NCBI GenBank assembly: GCA_964016885.1
Contig: OZ024741.1
Span: 308,264,001-308,328,000 of the forward strand
DNA: 64,000 nt
DNA from: Eledone cirrhosa
Taxonomy: Eukaryota
Direction: 5' to 3'
Position 1 is the first letter of the stretch, and each line of letters begins with the position of its first letter. Under the pieces are notes generated by a model. The model worked only from the letters and a program-made list of their open reading frames with translations. It was not told the DNA's origin and searched no databases. Below, in pieces: positions 38,812 to 52,270 of this stretch. The position numbers and the translations under genes were made by a program.

Positions 38812-41800
38812 TCAAAACTTGCTGGGGTAGAGCACCTCTCTCTCCATTCTGATCCTTCTTCTAAAATGGTACTTGAAAAAAAGGACCAGTTGTTGGCCGG
38901 AGAGAATAGTTTCTGACATCAGCCCTTTCAACCTCGTCCACCATACAACCTCTTTCGCCATAGCTATCACACAGAGGAAAACCGCCTCTCCTTCGTTTTT
39001 GAAGGGGGGGGGCGGTTTGATCGCGACAATGTACTCGGTGGGCAACCGGATTGCTCCCACCCGCGACAGTAGTCGTTCCACATAACCCCACAGGTCAGCA
39101 ACGCCCGGGAAGTCTACGAATGCGTGCGCGACGGTTTCCTCGTCACGCACGCATCTCGGATAGATCTTCTTCGAGGGGTCCCTACCCGGGCGCCCGTGTC
39201 TGTAGAGCTTGTCTCGAACTGGTAGAGCTCCTCGGTAGCACTGCCAAGCCAGGGACTTTTGGAAGTTGTCCATCGGTCCCGGGCCAAATGTCCTACCGAA
39301 CAGACTGGCTAGCTCGTCTTCCTTCATGCCCAGAGCCTCTCCGAGAGCGTCGTCGCACTTGCTGCGCACCAACCCTGTATAGAATGTTGAGAATGAGTCT
39401 CCGCTGATTGCCTGATCCGCTTGCCAGAGGGCCGTGAGCGCCTGGGCACATTCAATGTGCCAGTCGCCCACTGTTCTCGGTCTTTGCTTGACCAAGATTG
39501 CAGCTCGGTGAGTGAGACGAGTCTCGGAAATGCTCGCCTCACAAAAGGGGCCCACACCGGCTGACCGGTAAGGAATACCTGGAGGTATTCTACGCATCGT
39601 CAGCCACAGCATCTCAGCCCTCCGTTCAAAGGGTGTTGACAGCAGATGGATCTTCTCACCAAAGGGGCCCGCTTCTTCCAAAGGAATCGGAAGAGCGCGC
39701 GCTCTATTTTAGCAAGTGTTTTCGCTGGGCAAGGCACGACGGTCAAGCGGTAGTAGATGACGGACGCTATATAAGTGTTCGCCACCTCCGCTCGACCTTT
39801 CAGGGATAGTTTGCACTCGGCCCACTTCTGGGCCGAGTGCAAACTATCTGTGCAGTGCAGTCTCGGTTCCAAAGGGATGCCCTGCAATAGCTCCAACTTC
39901 CGCAGTAGTGACTCGAGGGTCAGTACGTACAGAAGGGAGGAGAGAGGGCATCCCTGTCGGATGGATCGCGTGATATGGAACGGCCCCGAGAGGTAGCCGT
40001 TCACCTTGACCCTTGAGCAGTTGTTGCTGTTGTGCATTGCAGCAATCCAGCCCCTGAACATGGGACCGAAGCCTGCCGCCTCGAGCACCGCATCCAGGTA
40101 ACGATGGTCAACCCTATCGAAAGCCTTAGACTGATTCAAGTTGATCAGGGCCCCACCGAAGCCGGGTTTACACCCTACCCTCTCTATGATGTATCGCATG
40201 AGGTGGAGGTTGTCGTGTATGGACCTGGTCGGGATTGCGCATGTCTGCGCTTCTCCCACCAGGTTTTCAACAGCAAGCGCCAGCCTCTTTGCCAACACCT
40301 TGGCCAAAATCTGTAACTCTGTGTTGAGCAGAGTTATGGGCCGGAAGTTGCCTATGTCATCCCCCTTGTTCTCGTCCTTCCTGACTAACGTGATTACGCC
40401 CTTGGTCACAGAACTGGGAATTCTCCCGTTCTGCTGCCAGTTGCAGTAGACCGCTTCCAGGAGACCGGAGAACAAGTCCGGCATTGTTACGTAAAGTTCG
40501 TAGGGTAGCCCGTCGAGACCTGGAGATTTGCGTTTGCCGCATTGGCTCAGCGCGTCCCCTATCTCAGCGGCCGAAATCGGCCTTTCGCAGAACTCCCCTC
40601 GCTGTCCGAGAGTCGCGGTAGACCGTCGAGGTATGGACCGAAATCCATAGCCTCTCCCGGCGCGCCGCCCTGCCCGAACAGTTGAGCAAAGTGCCGCTGA
40701 AAGGCCGCGCACATTTGCTTCGGCTCACGTATCACGCGTCCGACTTGGCCCTTCAAAGACCGAATCGTGGACTTGTTGCCTCTTTTCGCCTCCGTCACTT
40801 GGGCCCAGCTAACAGCTTTGGCTCCCTCGTTTGCCAGGGCACGTATTTTGCTTCTGACAACGCAGCCTTCATGCTTCATGCGTCGAAGAACTGGTCCAAG
40901 GCCGTTCTCGTCGCTAGCACGCTGGCTACGTTGCCACTCCTAAGTGCCTCTTCTACTTTATCTACCAGTTCCTTTTCGGTCTTATTTCTATCTAACACTA
41001 ATTCTTTACTAAAACCTATCGAGTCTAATCTAACTGCGCTCTTGAGAGAGTACCACCATCTGTTGTTGACAATGGTCCCCGTCAAGTGCTGCTTAACTAA
41101 AGTGCCAATCCGTCTACTGTAGGCTTTGCATGTCGGTAACGACAAGTTCAGCTTCCAGTAGCCGGGTCCCTGTCTATGGGTTTTGTCAAGGTTGACTAAG
41201 CAGGTCACTAATTTGTGATCTGAATAGGCAACCATGAACATTTGTGAACAGCTTAACATGTCCCTATCCTTCTTTCTAACTAGAACCCTATCTAGGTACG
41301 ATCTAGATGTTCCGCTACGATTAGTCCACGTCCACAGTGGCACAGTGGGAAAATCTAGTCGATATCTATCGGCCAGGTCAAATCAGCCGATTAACTGTTT
41401 GAGGCTGTTACACCCCTCTATCGGGACATGCTCCCACATAGTCCCAACGTCCATCTAGGATTTCATTCCAGTCCTCCACTAACAGCAGGGAGCGGGACGT
41501 TTCCAGAAAAGTCTCTAGACGTTTGAAGAAGTCTGGCCGCGGTGTCCCGGATGGGGCATATGCGGCCACCAGCCTGAAGGCTCCACCTTCACTACGTCTA
41601 GGACCACCAGTCGACCCTCCGGGTCCAGATGTACCGTCTGTGTTACGAGGTCCAGGTGTTTCCGCAGCAAAACGGCAACCCCACCCCCACCTCCCGGCTG
41701 ACAGAGAGATGTGTAGATCTCAAAGTCGTCGAAGATGGGGGCCAGTTGTCGCTCGCTGTGTATCCTGGACTCGCAAATGGCTACTACGTGCATGCTGTGC

Positions 41801-41886
41801 GACCTGGCGTCGTTTAAGAGTTTGCCCTGTTTCCAGGGCATCCCCAGGCCGCGTACATTCACACATCCAACTCTTATATTGGCCAT
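38812..41886 (-). pseudogene. Tx1 ORF2 (APE endonuclease-RT), frameshifted, YADD segment deleted
   Basis: KSPGLDG, NFRPITLLN, KAFDRVDH and QGCPLS present; AYADD absent relative to the neighbouring copy. Confidence 0.9.
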
Positions 41887-42471
41887 GTTGGTGCTGAAAA
41901 TTTAACAGAAGAGGAAAAGAAATCACTCACCTCTTCGTCTCCTGGGGACCAGGCTGCACAATTTCCATGGGGGTGTTGGAGGGGTTGTTTGGTGGGGTGG
42001 TGGTCTCTGGAGGGGTGGGGACAGAGATGTTTGGTAGGGAGGGGTGTCTGGTGGGATGGGGTGGGGGAGGGGAAACATTTTAACAGAACTCGATTGTAGG
42101 GTTTGACGCAGGGGTTACCTACGTCGTTAGGAAATTTTTCTTTCAACTGTTTATGTGTGTCCATGGAGGTCCTAATCATTTTAAGATTAGGATTCTCCGA
42201 AGAGCGTGTAAAAGTTTTCCCTTCGGTCTCCACCAAAGGGTTTTGATATATGGTGTCTGTTAAAGTTTTATTGTTAGTATTTATGTAGGTGTAACATCTT
42301 TGTTGTATTGCTTTTTGTCTGTGGTTCTTGTGTGTGTTTACGTTTTGTAGTAGTTGTTTTGTTTTCAGGAGGGGGTGTTTTTGTTTGTGCTGTTTGCGTC
42401 GCTTGTGTTGGTGTTTGTGTGTTTGTTGCATTTTTGTTTGTGTTATGTCTTTTCTTTTTTCTTTTTACTGG

Positions 42472-43950
42472 TCAGAAAGGCTCTCCCTCATCGTCACTGG
42501 GTGACGATGATGAGGCCTCATCCGTGTTGTTGGGGAGGGGTACGTTTTGGGGAACTGTTATGTGTGTGGGTGTTTCTGGAGTTGTTTTAGATGGGGAGGG
42601 GTTGGGTGGGACTGTGTTTGTCGTTTGTTTTGTTGTCACTATTTTTTTATGTTGTTGTGGTGGTGGTGGTGGTGGTGGTGGTGGTGGTGGTGGTGATTGT
42701 TGTGCTGGTGTTGCAGGTGTTGGAAGTAGTGCCTTTTTTTGACTAGTTAGCCGAGGACAGGAAGCTCTCAGGTGACCCCTGCTTGAGCAGTGGTAACATG
42801 AGGGCCGCCTACCCTCGACCGAAATGTTTATGTATATAAGCCCATCCAGCAACACACGTTCCGGGATCCTAGCTATTCGTTTGGACCAGAACTTCCAGGC
42901 TAGTTCCGCTGAACAGGTCGCCGGAGGACTTACCTACTGATATTATATGGTCTGTTTCGTGGTTTAAAAATCGACATAGTACCCACCAAATGTCAATATT
43001 TGGTGGGATACTTTGGATTTTTATTTTCTGTGTCCTTTTCCCCATGTAAGTGGGGAAAAAGGTGAACAGCGGTGACACAATTGGCGACACAGAATATTTA
43101 TGTGCCGTCAATTGGTCTTTCATTAGAATGGATAAACTCCCGTAGAGTCTACCTTTCTGAATAAAAGCAATGTCTTTTAAGGCATTTTTTAAAACCAACT
43201 CAATTTCGCCTTGTGAAAGTTGTGTCGGTTTTCGTGTTTTATTTGAGATTGTCCTGAAAATCACAGTTTTCAAGGCAGCTTCTCTTCGAAAATCTGGGGG
43301 AGAGTTTATGGAGTATGATCCGTTCTCCCCAAATGTTACATATTGTCTGGCGTTATTCAAAAGCTCATTTGCATTTGAAATATCTACCGGAGTGTAGCTT
43401 ACCGTTTTCTTTACGGTTTGCGCAAATGATATTTTGTCGTTTACTTCCTTGTTGCAGTTATTGGTATTGTTGTTGTTATTATTGTTCTTATTGTTGATGT
43501 TGTTTTCGTTTTTTCCGTTGTTGGTGTTGTTGTTGTTGTTGTTGGCTGTGGTTTTGTTGTCGTTGTTTTTCTTCTTCTCGTTGTCACTGTTGTTGTTGAT
43601 GATGTTGTTTTGGTTTGTGCCATTCACAGTTTTCGTGTTGGTGGTGCTGGTGTTGTTGTCAGGGTGGGTTTTAAACATATCGACGTGTTTCACTGAGGCG
43701 GTGCGAGCTGCTTGTTGGCTTGACAGTTTTACTGTCCCTCCACCACCTCTGTCTAATTGTTGACTGACAGATTTGATGTTGTTGTTGTTTTGTTGCTGTT
43801 GTTGTTACTGGTGTTGTTATTGGTGATAGCAGCAGGCAGGCAGCCTTCACCTGCTATTAGTACTGTGGAAGGTGAGATTAACAGCCCATCACCACAATTC
43901 TCTGATGTGTTTTTTGTGAAGATGAGGTCAAAGAATTTGGCCATTTTGGC
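42472..43950 (-). pseudogene. Tx1 ORF1 (gag-like, zinc knuckle)
   Basis: Asn/Thr-rich N-terminus, SFAQ motif, CCHC knuckle; in-frame stop at 42869. Confidence 0.75.
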
Positions 43951-44158
43951 TATATTCAAAATTCCGGTAGAAATTTTGTGGAATTTCTCCGTTTTTTGCC
44001 CTGGTGGGCTTATTATTTGGGGTTGCTACCACCTACAAAGTGTAGGGTGGCAGCTTATCTACAAAATGGTGTAAGAATGTAGATTCAGTTCATGCAATTT
44101 CCAATGAAATTAAAACATTTACTCACCAGCGCGTTTTCCACGTGTTAGACAGAATCCG

Positions 44159-44227
<69 letters not shown>
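44159..44227. repeat. (GATA)n between the two Tx1 copies
   Basis: Direct reading. Confidence 0.95.
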
Positions 44228-47200
44228 TGTTTCTTTTATTTGCCACCAGGGCATCAAAAGTGGGACAAGGACAATGGGGGGAGTTTACAAAACAAGGCGT
44301 CCTCAATAGGGAGGAGGCAATAACAATATATAAAAATAAAATCAAATATAACAAAAAATAAAATTATAACAAAATCCTCAATAGAGAGGAGGCGCCTTGG
44401 GGGGTCGCACACACACCCGAAAAAAATGTGCAACCCTTCTCCTCAGGAGCAAGAAGAGGGGGTGCTCCCTCGTTCCTTCCTCTTTTCCACCTACAGGCTT
44501 ATGTAAAGAGAAGGCCCATTCACACGGGCCATTCTCGCCACTTTCACCCACCTTTCATAAAAACGACTGGGGTGGAGCACCTCTCTCTCCATCCTGATCC
44601 TTCTTCCGAAATGATATCGGAAGAAACGGACCAGTTGTTGGCCAGAAAGAAAGGTGCCTGACCTCAGTCCTTTCAGACGCGTCCACCATACAACTTCTTT
44701 CACCATGGCTATTACGCACAGAAACACCGCCTCTCCTTCATCAGGGGGGAGGCGGCTTGATCATTACAATAGACTCGGTGGTCAACCGGATCGGTCCCAC
44801 CCTTGACAGCAGTTGTTCGACATAGCCCCACAGATCTGCTACGCCCGAGCAGTGTACCAATGCGTGTGCAACGGTTTCCTCGTCGCACACGCATCTGGGA
44901 CAGATCTTTTTGGCGGGGTCCCTACCCGGGCGCCTGTGTCTGTAGAGCTTTTCTCGAACGGGTAGAGCCCCTCGGTAGCACTGCCAGGCCAGGGACTTCT
45001 GGAAGTTGTCCATAGGTCCCGGGCTGAATGTCCTACCGAACAGGCTGGCCAGTTCGTCCTCCTCCACGTCTAGGGCTTCTCCGAGGGCGTCGTCGCACCT
45101 GCTGCGTACCAGCCCTCTATAGATGTTGCGGTGGAGTCTCCACTGATAACCGGATCCGCCTGCCAGAGGGCGGTGAGCGCCTGGGCACACTCAGTGTGCC
45201 AGGCGCCCAGTTTTCTCGGTCTTTGCTTCACCCAGGATTGCAGCTCGGTGAGTGAGACGAGTCTGGGAAAGGTTCGTCTCACAAACGAGGCCCACACCGG
45301 TTGACCGGTGAGGAATATGTGGAGGTGCCGTAGCCTTAGTGCATGTTTACGCATCATTAGCCACGGCATCCCTAGCCCTCCTTTCGAAGGGTGTTGACAG
45401 CAGATGGATCTCCTCACCAAGGGAGCCCGCCTCCTCCAAAGGAATTGGAAGAGCGCGCGCTCCATCTTGGCGAAGGTTTCCCTTGGGCAAGGCACTACGG
45501 TCAGGCGGTAGTAGATGACGGACGCTATATAGGTGTTCGCCACCTCCGCCCGACCTTTCAGGGATAGTTTGCAACTGGCCCACTTCTGGGTCAGTGCAAA
45601 CACCCTGTTCGTAACCTCCGCCCAGTTCTTCTCCACCTGGAGGTCTGGTCCGAACCAGACCCCGAGCAACTTCACCGGGCCCTCCGTCCAGCGTCCGACG
45701 ACGCCATCGGAGGGAATCGGTCTGCCCCTCCACGTGCCGAGTTGCAAACCGATCGACTTGTCCCGGTTCAGCTTAGCCCCTGTGAACCTTTCGTACTCCT
45801 CCAGTAAGGTGCCGACCGCCCCGATTTCGGAGGCCGTCGACACCATTACTGTCACGTCATCGGCGTAGGCCGACACCGCTTTCCGCAATCCCGGTTCCAA
45901 AGGGATGCCCTGCAACAACTCCAATTTCCGCAGTAGTGGCTCGAGAGTCAACACATACAGAAGGGAGGAGAGAGGGCACCCTTGTCGGATGGACCGCGTG
46001 AATTTGAACGGCTCCGAGAGGTAGCCGTTCGCCTTGACCCTAGAGCAGATGCGGCTGCTGTGCATAGCAGTGATCCAGCCCCTGAAAACGGGTCCGAAGC
46101 CTTCCGCCGCTAGCACCGCATCCAGGTAACCATGGTCGACCCTATCGAACGCCTTAGATGGATCCAAGTTGATCAGAGCCCCACCAAAGCCGGGTTCGTT
46201 CCCAACCCTCTCTATGATATATCGCATGAGGTGGAGGTTGTCATGGATGGACCTGGACGGGATAGCACATGTCTGCGCATCTCCCACCAGGTTGCCCACG
46301 ACAAGCGCCAACCTCTTTGGCCAAAATCTGTAACTCTGTATTTAGCAGAGTTATGGGCCTGAAGTTACTTCTTTCGTCCCCCTTGTTCTCGTCCTTCCTC
46401 ACTAGCGTGACTACGCCCTTGGTCACAGTACAGGGAATTCTCCCGTTCTGTTGCCAGTTGCAGTAGACCGCCTCGAGGAGATCGGGGAACAAGTCCGGCA
46501 TAGCTAGATATAATTCGTATGAAAGACCATCGAGACCCGGGGATTTGCGTATGCCGCATTGGCTCAGCACGTCCTCTATCTCAGCGGCCGAAATCGGCTC
46601 CTCGCAGGACTTCGCCTCCCTGTCCGAGAGACGCGGCAGGCCGTAGAGGTATGGACTGAAGTCCACATCCCCAACCGGCTCCTCGCCCCTTCCGAACAGT
46701 CGGGCAAAGTGCCTTTGAAAGGCCTCACACATCTGCTTAGGCTCAAGAATCGCCCGTCCATCCTGGTCTCGCAAAGACCGGATGGTGGATTTAGTTCCAC
46801 TGTTGGCTTCTGTCACGCGGGCCCAGCTAACAGCTTTGGTCCCCTCGTTCCCTAGAGCACGTATTTTACTTCGGACAACGCATCCTTCGTGCTTCGCGTC
46901 GAAAAACTGGCTCAAAGCCGTTCTCGACGCTAGCGCTCTGGCCACGTCGCCGCTTCTAATTGCCTCTTCTACTCTATCTATTAGCTCCCTTTCCTTCCTA
47001 TTCCTATCCGCAGCTAGAACCTTACTAAATTCTATCGAGACTACTCTAATCTCTCTCTTTAGAGATAACCACCACCTGCTGTTGACGATCGCTCCAGTCA
47101 ACCGTTCCTTAACTAGCGTACTAATCCGATCCCTGTAAGCTCTACTTGCCGGCAAGGACAAGTTGAGCTTCCAGTAACCGGGGCCCTGTCTATGCGTTCT

Positions 47201-47460
47201 ATCAAGGTTGACCATGCAGGTCACCAACTTGTGGTCTGAATAGCCAACCATGAGCATTTCTGGACAACTTAAAAAGTCCCTGTCCTTATTTCTAACTAAA
47301 AACCTATCTAGGTACGACCTAGATGATCCGCTGCGATTTGACCAAGACCAGGTTGGCACCGTCGGAAAATCTAGTCGAAATCTATCGGCCAGGTCAAATC
47401 GGCCGAGTAACCCCTTGAGGCTGTTGCACCCCTCTCTATCGGGACATGCCCCTGCATAGT
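44228..47460 (-). mobile_element. 5'-truncated Tx1 of a related subfamily
   Basis: ORF2 pieces with YLDR, SDH, AYADD and CPRC..H..C; same 3' terminus CCCTGGTGGCAAATAAA. Confidence 0.93.
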
Positions 47461-47645
47461 CGTGTAAAAATATTGAAACAAACAAATATAACAATCGAAA
47501 TCCCCAATAGGGGGGAGACGCTACAAATGGGTTGTTTAATACCCCGCCGATAGAACAACCCTAAACTTCAGGAGCGTGTTGTGCAAGTGCTACTTAATTC
47601 CCTTTGCTCTCTTCTTCAACCTACAGGCTTATATTCAGTGAAGAT
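47461..47645 (-). mobile_element. Third Tx1 3'-UTR fragment
   Basis: AACAATCGAA, CAGGAGC..GTGCT and CCTACAGGCTTAT shared with the 38675-38760 and 44440-44500 regions; abuts GATAGATA. Confidence 0.6.
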
Positions 47646-47853
47646 AGATAAAAATAAACTCAAGTGTATGTATATTAAATAAATATTGAATATTATAGGC
47701 TATTTCGATCTAATCAACGTTAAGGATTAGGATTATGAATGTAGATGTACATATGTATGTATATGAATTTAGATGTACATATGTATGTATATGAATTTAG
47801 ATGTACATATGTATGAATGTAAGTATGTATGTATGTACATATGTATGTATTGT

Positions 47854-48300
47854 CTTCTGGTTTTATAATTTCACAAATTTTTTCCCAATAGAGAGAGTCG
47901 GTTTCTAACATAGACACAAGACTCTCTCATTGGAATTTACACAACATCAACAAAGTAGATTATGTATGCATGTATGTGTAGATATAGATGTTATTGTATG
48001 TGTGGATGTGTATGTTTTGAGTTGTATGTGTGCATGTGTATATGCTTTGTATCTGTACATGTGTATATGCAGTTATTAGATGCAACATTTTTGGAATGTT
48101 TTACATATTTTTACTGTTCCATTAATGGATTGTACTTGTAATTTCCTAAATAGTTGTGTTCTTTCTGTTCCTATGAAGCCTAGCTTCTCAAAATGTGTAT
48201 TGAGGCAGTTACTAACATACCCCAGTGCCCCAATAATCACAGGCATAAATCTGAAGGTGTAATCAGGGTGGAGTATCTGCAGATTTCTCATCAGTTCTGC
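47854..48300 (-). mobile_element. 5'-truncated Dong/R4 copy in (TATG)n
   Basis: Near-identical to 52906-53358. Confidence 0.9.
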
Positions 48301-48323
48301 ATGTATGTATGTATGTATGTATG

Positions 48324-50537
48324 CAATAACACAAACCTGTTGTACAGTCTCTTGCGTGAGGTTTATGGACCGTCTTCTTCTCTGGTGACACCGATTCGCA
48401 GCAAGGATGGCAAAGAACTTCTTCGTGACTCACAGGGAATTCTACGAAGGTGGCGAGAGCACTTTGATGATCTTTTGAATCAGCCGTCTGTCGTCAGTGA
48501 AGATTTCCTCAATCTCATTCCGGAAAGTCCTGTGAAAGTAGCTCTCGCAGAACCTCCGACGCTTGTGGAGGTTGCAGTGGCTATTTCGAAGCTGAACAGT
48601 GGAAGATTTCCAGGTATGGATGGCATACATGCTGAGCTCCTACAATATGGTGGTGAGAGACTCCTGCAACATCTGCACTCTTTGTTTGGAAGGATATGGG
48701 CTAATGAATCCGTACCTGAGGACTGGAGAGATGCAGTAATGGTGGTCTTGTACAAGGGAAAGGGTAACAGGAATGATTGTGGGAACTACAGAGGTATATC
48801 ATTGCTTTCTGTCGTAGGGAAAGTTTTATGTAGGGTGCTTCTGGACCGTCTGCTGACACACATTGCAGATTGTGTCCTTCCTGAAAGTCAATCTGGTTTT
48901 CGTGCTGGACGCGGCACTACTGATATGATCTTCTCAGCTAGACAGCTCCAGGAGAAGTGCATTGAACAAGGCTTGGATCTGTATCAGGTTTTTGTCGATC
49001 TGACAAAGGCTTTCGATACTGTCAACAGAGATGCATTATGGAAGGTTCTCCAGAAACTTGGTTGCCCTGATAAGTTCCTTGCTTTAGTTAGGTCTTTCCA
49101 TGACGACATGAAGGCTTGGGTTAATGTCGGAGGTAACATGTCGGAGCCTATCTCAGTAAAAAATGGAGTGAAACAGGGGGATATTCCAGCACCGGCCTGT
49201 TTGCCATATACTTTGCAATGGTTTTCTGTATTGCATTCAGGAATTGCGAGCATGGTGTTTACATCCGATATCGAACCTCAGGCAGCATATTTAACATCAG
49301 GCGCTTTGCTGCGAAGACAAAAGTATTTACATCAGTCATAAGAGACCTCTTGTATGCAGATGATTGCGATCTTGTAGCGCACACAGAGAGTGATATGCAG
49401 CACATTTTGAATGCATTTTCTGACGCTTGCACTGCCCTGGGTTTGACTGTCAGTCGCAAGAAAACCGTCGTCATGTACCAACCTGCCCCTAGTAAGCAGT
49501 ATACTGAACCAAACATCTATGTGTATGGCAAACGACTTGGAGTGGTTGATCAGTTTGTCTACCTGGGAAGCACTGTCAATCGATACGGCAACCTTGACAG
49601 TGAAATCTCACTTAGGATTAGGAAAGCAAGTGATGCTTTCGGAAAGCTAGAAAGGCGACTCTGGGGTCGGCGAGAAATATGCAGGAGGACAAAGGTAAAG
49701 GTGTACAGGGCATGTGTACTCTCTTGTCTTCTTTATGCCTGCGAGACCTGGGTCACATATCGACGCCACCTTAAGCAATTGGAGCGTTTCCATCAGATGT
49801 GTCTCAGACGGATCCATGGCGTTCACTGGAGGGACCACATCAGTGATGTCGAGGTTTTGGAAAGCTCTATGTGTGACAGTATAGAAGCTCTTGTGCTTAA
49901 GCAACGACTCCGTTGGAGTGGTCACCTTGCCAGGATGAAGGATTCTAGAATACCAAAACAACTCTTCTATGGAGAGTTGGTTAAAGGAAAACGACCGCCA
50001 CATAAACCAAAAAAGAGCTATAAGGATTCCTTGAAAGCCTCTCTGAAAGACGCTAACATCTCTGCTGATACATGGGAAAATATTGCTGCTGATCGTAATA
50101 AATGGAGAAAGACTGATGAGGGAAAAGTTGCCTTTGAGGCATCTCGAATCGCACACGAGAAAGTAAAGCGGGACGTGAGGAAGGGCATTGCTGTTGCACT
50201 TCCAGACGGCGAGGGTCCTCCTATGGTGCTGACATGCAGCGTATGTGCGAGACTCTGCCTAAGCAAAGCTGGACTCGAAAGTCATCTTCGCAGTCATAAA
50301 GTAAGACCAGTGGTTGACTACCAGGCTGCTGTTGGAGATGCTACTCATCATGCTTGCCAAACATGTGGTAGAGAATGTAATTCAGCAGGAGGGCTCAAGC
50401 GACATGCAAAAGTACACGAACTCCAACCACAGCCGACTATTCCCAGTGAATGTTTTGGTTGCCGACTCTGTGCAAGACATTTTAGATCATTGGCTGGGCT
50501 GAAAAGCCACATTCGATCGCAGCACTGTTAGTTGCTA

Positions 50538-50543
<6 letters not shown>
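48324..50543 (+). mobile_element. 5'-truncated RTE LINE with three C-terminal C2H2 zinc fingers
   Basis: GNYRGISLL, FVDLTKAFD, QGD, YADD; frameshift near 49195; three CxxC-x12-H fingers. Confidence 0.93.
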
Positions 50544-50579
<36 letters not shown>

Positions 50580-50658
50580 GCTTATGTGCGTGCGTGTGTG
50601 TGTATATATATATGAATATGTATATTATTATTGTTGTTGTCGTTATTATTATTATTGC

Positions 50659-50704
<46 letters not shown>

Positions 50705-50883
50705 GTTATTAATGTATGTGTGTGTATATGTGTGAGTGTATGTGTATGTATGTGTGTATGTATATATGTATGTACCAGTTCCTCAGTGAATTAACAACCC
50801 AACAAGGAACTGGGCATATCAGAGTATTGACAATATTATACACCTAAACAACATATGTACTTGTCTATACCATACTAATTCAA

Positions 50884-50938
50884 ACTGCCTGAAGAGGTCA
50901 CAGCCAAAGATGGCTGTCACTGAAATATATATAGCAGT
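50884..50938 (+). ncRNA. Type I minimal hammerhead ribozyme motif
   Basis: ACTGC-CTGAAGA-GGTCACAGCCA aaga TGGCTGTCACT-GAAA-TATAT-ATA-GCAGT, then AATAAA. Confidence 0.85.
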
Positions 50939-50982
50939 AATAAACGAAGCTAAATTTTAATCATTTGACTTTTATTTAACTT

Positions 50983-51013
<31 letters not shown>

Positions 51014-51041
51014 AATTCTCCACTCACACTATGCTAAACCC

Positions 51042-51953
51042 ATGGCCTCCAAATACCTGATACTCAAAAACTCAGCAATGTCCAGTAGTGCTAAGTTTAA
51101 TATTCTGATCGCAGATTTGGTACGAGTGATGAAGAATGTGTCCAGCATGTGCGACCCAACAGAAATGGAAAGACACATCCAACACTTCATCAACCGCATG
51201 CAGTTCTCTGGCTACAACCAAAGAGACAGAGTCAGAGTATACGAAGGAGCCATGGAAAAGTATAAGACCCTCATAGAACTGGACATGAAAGGAATTTGCC
51301 CACTATACAGGAGCAAATCATGGAATAGCTTAGATAGGGCTAGACATAAGATAGGGAAGGCCACATCATGGTACGACAACCAGAGATATCAGAGTGTCAT
51401 GTTTGTGGACGCCACCCCTGGAGGGAAATTAGCTAACCAGTGTAGAAAGGCCCTGAGAAAGACCCACTTAAAAATAAAGGTGGTAGAAAAGCCAGGAACC
51501 ACCATAAAATCCCTGATCAGCAAAACCTACCCTTTTAAGAAAACCCACTGTACCAATAGGAAATGTATCATATGTAAGGTGAACCCCCGGATAAACTGTA
51601 AAACTAGAAACGTAGTCTATAGCATAAGATGTACAGAGGGTGCTTGCAGAAACATGACAACAACATACATAGGTGAGACAGCTCGTAGCATAGGTGAAAG
51701 GATAGACCAACACTGGGGGGAACTAAAAGGACGAAAAAACGGGTCAGTACTATACGAACATGCTAGACAACAACATGACGGTAACATAGACAACATAGAA
51801 ATTAGAATAATATCTAAACATAGGAATGACCCAGCAGATAGGCAAATCAGAGAGGCCAGTGAAATAGAAATTAGAAGACCAAAGCTAAACAGAAAGAATG
51901 AGTGGAACAACAACAACACCCAAACAAACAACACTGACCTAAGAGAAGTATAA
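51042..51953 (+). CDS. C-terminal part of PLE polyprotein with GIY-YIG endonuclease (truncated, frame intact)
   Basis: CxxxxCxxC..C linker, NVVY..C....C....YIGET.R...R...H, REA.EI, LN. Confidence 0.85.
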   Translation: MASKYLILKNSAMSSSAKFNILIADLVRVMKNVSSMCDPTEMERHIQHFINRMQFSGYNQRDRVRVYEGAMEKYKTLIELDMKGICPLYRSKSWNSLDRARHKIGKATSWYDNQRYQSVMFVDATPGGKLANQCRKALRKTHLKIKVVEKPGTTIKSLISKTYPFKKTHCTNRKCIICKVNPRINCKTRNVVYSIRCTEGACRNMTTTYIGETARSIGERIDQHWGELKGRKNGSVLYEHARQQHDGNIDNIEIRIISKHRNDPADRQIREASEIEIRRPKLNRKNEWNNNNTQTNNTDLREV

Positions 51954-52229
51954 ATAAGTAAATAAAATAAAATAAAATAAGATAAATAAATACATACACA
52001 AGCACAATAACAACAAGCACATAAACACACACTAGTCACCCAGCAGACACAACACTATACACACTAGTCACACAGCACACATAACACTATACACACACGC
52101 AAACGCATGCGCAAAGAAGACAAAATAAAATAAGATAAACAAACAAGCAAATAAATAAATAAATATATAGACAGACTGAATAAAAAATGGCGTAGACATA
52201 CAACACAACAGGAGGGACAAAGAATATAA

Positions 52230-52270
52230 CACCACTGACGATGTTGCAGATGTGCAACGAAAGATTTATG
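52230..52270 (+). ncRNA. Probable degenerate hammerhead in the PLE 3' UTR
   Basis: CTGACGA-T-GTTGCA gatg TGCAAC-GAAA; stem I poorly supported. Confidence 0.4.

Larger units (their letters stand above)
38570..44158 (-). mobile_element. Near full-length L1/Tx1 retrotransposon, disrupted
   Basis: ORF1 with CCHC knuckle CYHCSSRGHLRASC; ORF2 APE start MANIRVGCVNVRGL, SDH, RT motifs, C-terminal Zn motif; GATA repeats on both sides. Confidence 0.93.
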
